Shown one piece after another: positions 1-64,000 of a stretch of 64,000 nucleotides of DNA. Origin of the DNA: the human T2T-CHM13v2.0 reference genome, Homo sapiens; the NCBI RefSeq assembly GCF_009914755.1, contig NC_060927.1, one strand, 5' to 3'. The notes beneath the pieces are model-generated. The model made no database searches. It was given only the letters and a program-made list of their open reading frames with translations, and was not told the DNA's origin. Position 1 is the first letter of the stretch. Every line of letters starts with the position of its first letter. Made by a program: the position numbers and the translations under genes.

Positions 1-669
1 TGAATTAATGAAAGAGGTCTGTGACCCAGGCAGAGTCTAAAGATTTAAGTGAGTGTGTGTCTTCTGTCATCCAGGGTTCAGCAAGTGGTGATGATGAGAC
101 ATGGAAAGAAAATTCCATTCAGCAAAACCCCAGGACCTGACCCAGGGATGCTGATGGAGAAGGTCCCATCCGTAAGGAACACAGAACGGCAGAGGGCAGT
201 GCCATGATATGGCAGAAGGACACGGCCCAAACCAGACAGACCCCATCACTCAACCCCCATGCAAGCTTAAGCAAGTCACTCTCACTCTGAGCCTCAGTCT
301 CCTTGTCTGGAAAATGGGCCACCTCATTCTCAAAACCACAGTGGATGTCACGTACTGGATGTCACGACTTGTATGGCAGGTACTGAGCACAACATTCAAT
401 GCTCTTAAGAACAGACCATGTTCCAGACACTGGGCTGGCCCAGAACAGGAGCTCCACCATGGGTGGTGATAACATCAGTGGCCAGGCACAGTGGGTGGAG
501 CACCCGCACTCCAGTCAGGAAGCTGTGGTGCCAGTCCCAGCTCTGTAACCTTACGCCAATCATGGACCTTGCTGGGCCTCATCTATGAAATGAAGTTCTT
601 GGAATCAATGATTTCCCAAGGATCTTCGGCTCTGATGACCAGAAGATGCTGTAGCTTTTTATCTACCTA

Positions 670-61703
<61,034 letters not shown>

Positions 61704-61807
61704 TTAATTTCCCAGGGTGGAGGGAGGCGTGATGGGAGCTTCTGCCCCATGCAGGAACCACACTCCACATCACCACCCACCAGGCAGGTGTCATAAACTG
61801 TATGTCA

Positions 61808-61905
61808 GGAGAGGAAACTGAGGCTGAAAGGAATGAAGACACTTACTCATGGTCATGTGACCACCAGGGGGCGAGGCCAGAATTTGAACCTAGGGCTGTC
61901 CGATG
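61808..61905 (+). mobile_element. MIR fragment
   Basis: GAGGAAACTGAGGCT...GGTCA...GAATTTGAACCTAGG core. Confidence 0.7.
61858..61876 (+). promoter_or_regulatory. Candidate CTCF site
   Basis: TGACCACCAGGGGGCGAG is a near-consensus CTCF core (CCACCAGGGGGCG). Confidence 0.6.
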
Positions 61906-63120
61906 AAAGCTTGTGCTCTTCCTGCTGTGACTCCCTGCCCTTGACTGCAGGACCAGCTCAGTGCAGTGCATAACACTGCTGCCCCGCACGTCTGTGAGCG
62001 GTTTACAATTTAGGAGTCTGCTCGGAAACCTGGGCCATTCATTCCTGCTCACCACTTCCTGGGAGTAAACTCCTCTCCCTCCCTGTGCAGGGGAGGGGAC
62101 CCAGGGTGGAGGGGCATTACCCAAACTGTCTAGTGTCACATGACTCTTGTCTCTTCACCTTGACTGTGAGACTCCTGAGGTCGTGGGGTAGGTAGGGGGC
62201 AAGGAGAGCCAGGCCCAGCCAGCCTTGGCTCTTATGTCCTGGCTTGCTGCCTGGGAGCCTTCTGATCTGTCCTTTCCAATCAAGAAACAGATGCCACATG
62301 CAAGTCTAGTTCTCACCTCCTCTTGAAAGGATGAAGATCCACCCACCTGGGCCTCATTCCCTCTGAGAGCCAGAAGCTGCTCGCCCTCTCTAGAAGGGGC
62401 CATGCCACACTCCTCACCAGCCCCTGATGTTCCACGCCTGTTCCACATCCCTCATCCACACTCCCCTTCTGACCAGCTCCCAGTACAAGGGATCTGGGGG
62501 CCAAGAAAAGCTGTTTTCTACAGTGCAAAGGGCAAGGTATTTAGAGTCTGACGGGCCTGGGGTCCTGCTTCTCTTCACCCCGATCCCTGGCCCTGCAAGG
62601 TCTCAAAGACTGCATGAAATAGTGCCTAGCAGAAGCTCCAGAAAACTCTGCTCCTTCGCCTTACTTCTCAGGGCATCTTTAATGAAGAGAGGCATCTTCT
62701 TACAGTTCCCTGGGTGTCTTTCCGTCAATGTGAGCAACTGATCAGAGGAAGACAACCCCCATCTATGATGTACATATATGCGGGAAGATTTTTTCTTAGA
62801 GGTCCAGAGCAGGATTTTGAGCAAATGAAAACTCTATGGTTTCCTGAAAATTAATCTGTCTTCCTAACATCCAGGGCATTAGGTGAGGATGGTGGATATG
62901 AAAATCCACACCAGCGAAGCACATCGGCTGCAAGACAGGAGTCCTCTAGTCCAACCCTTGGATGCTGCGTCCCCATCAGATGGGGGCTTGAGACCCTTCC
63001 CGCATACCCCAGGGATGAGGAGCTCATCGCCCAGCACAGCCTATTCCTCTGTTCAACAGCTCTGACTGTGAGAACCTTCTTCTGCACACTGAGCTGAAAC
63101 AGGGTGCATATGGAGTACTG

Positions 63121-63339
63121 CTGGCCCCAGTTCCACTGTCCGGGGGCAGAGCCAGCAGGTTGGCTTAGCAGTGTGCTCAGTGAGGGGAGCCTGGGCTCCA
63201 ATTCCACCTTCTCGGGGAAGAGCCCAGCAGGCCGGCTTTGCAGTATGCTCGGTGAGGGGAGCCTGGGCCCAAATTCCTGCCTTCCAGAGTCAGAGCCCAG
63301 CAGGCCAGCTTTACAGTGTGCTCAGTGAGGGGAGCATGG
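63121..63339. repeat. Degenerate ~72-bp tandem repeat, ~3 copies
   Basis: AGAGCC(C)AGCAGG...CAGT(G/A)TGCTC(A/G)GTGAGGGGAGC at 63148, 63219 and 63292. Confidence 0.85.
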
Positions 63340-64000
63340 AGTCCCTATAATAGTGTGACCCAGTAACCAGAAACGCAAGACTGCAGACCACTAGGCAGGC
63401 CACTCCCTTAACACAAATACATGCCAACACCACAAGAGTCCTGAATAGCTACCCTGGGGCTTCCACCCAGCTCAGCTCCAAGCATGGCTTTTCTCTTCTG
63501 TAAAATGGGGATGAAAATACCAACGCATGGGGTTGGTGGGAAGATCAAATTGAGAAAGCACCCCCATGACATGTCCAGTGTTCACAACGGTCCGCTTATG
63601 GACAAGGGGATGGAGGTGGGGGAGGCCCTGCTAAGGGGCTCTTAGCAAGGAAAACGGTGGGAGAGAATCATGCCTGCAGACACTTCAGGGGCTGCACGTG
63701 GAGCTCTGTTTTTCATCATCTTTGCTCCCCACAGTCTCTCCTGGAAGTCCACCACGTTCAAATGTGGAAGAAGAGTTGAATGTGTGGTAATTTCAAGGGC
63801 AGAAAGTGTCCTTAGGCTTCTGTAAGTTACCTGCTCGGGCAGGTGCACACACAGGACCGAGTGCAGGATTTGCAGGGCTCCGTGCAGATGAGAACACAGG
63901 GACCCTCGTTCATGCATGGGCCTGCCAGCTGCTGGCCACTGGCTTTCTCTCCCGCCAGCTGCTGGCAACATGGCCAGACCCAGCTGCGTGGGCCCTGGGG

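Overview
Human (Alu-rich, primate) genomic DNA lying entirely inside NUP210 (gp210/POM210, the transmembrane nucleoporin) on the minus strand. I reconstructed 27 consecutive coding exons from 61666 down to 814 (3,674 nt). They join in one uninterrupted frame across every junction and encode the middle of the luminal Ig-like region (about aa 146-1370). Numbering them exons 4-30 comes from my recollection of the gene model; the promoter, first exons and transmembrane/C-terminal exons are outside the window. The rest is intron containing Alu/FLAM/FAM, old L1, MaLR LTR, MER5/MER20, MIR and several tandem repeats. None of the other ORF-track entries looks like a real gene. The most unusual signal is a cluster of atypical splicing features between exons 7 and 12: (1) a U12-type intron with hybrid AT-AG ends; (2) a 13-copy 22-bp minisatellite in which every unit carries a strong 5' splice site in transcript orientation, with a candidate acceptor just upstream; (3) a GC-AG intron; (4) a ~450-nt UG-rich tract seeded with cryptic donors. 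Other points of interest are a nested four-Alu inverted repeat abutting exon 14, a stop-free 99-nt in-frame intron, a read-through end that would truncate the protein before its membrane anchor, and an unexplained 27-nt hairpin motif duplicated 3.5 kb apart. Repeat subfamily calls and boundaries were made by eye and are approximate.
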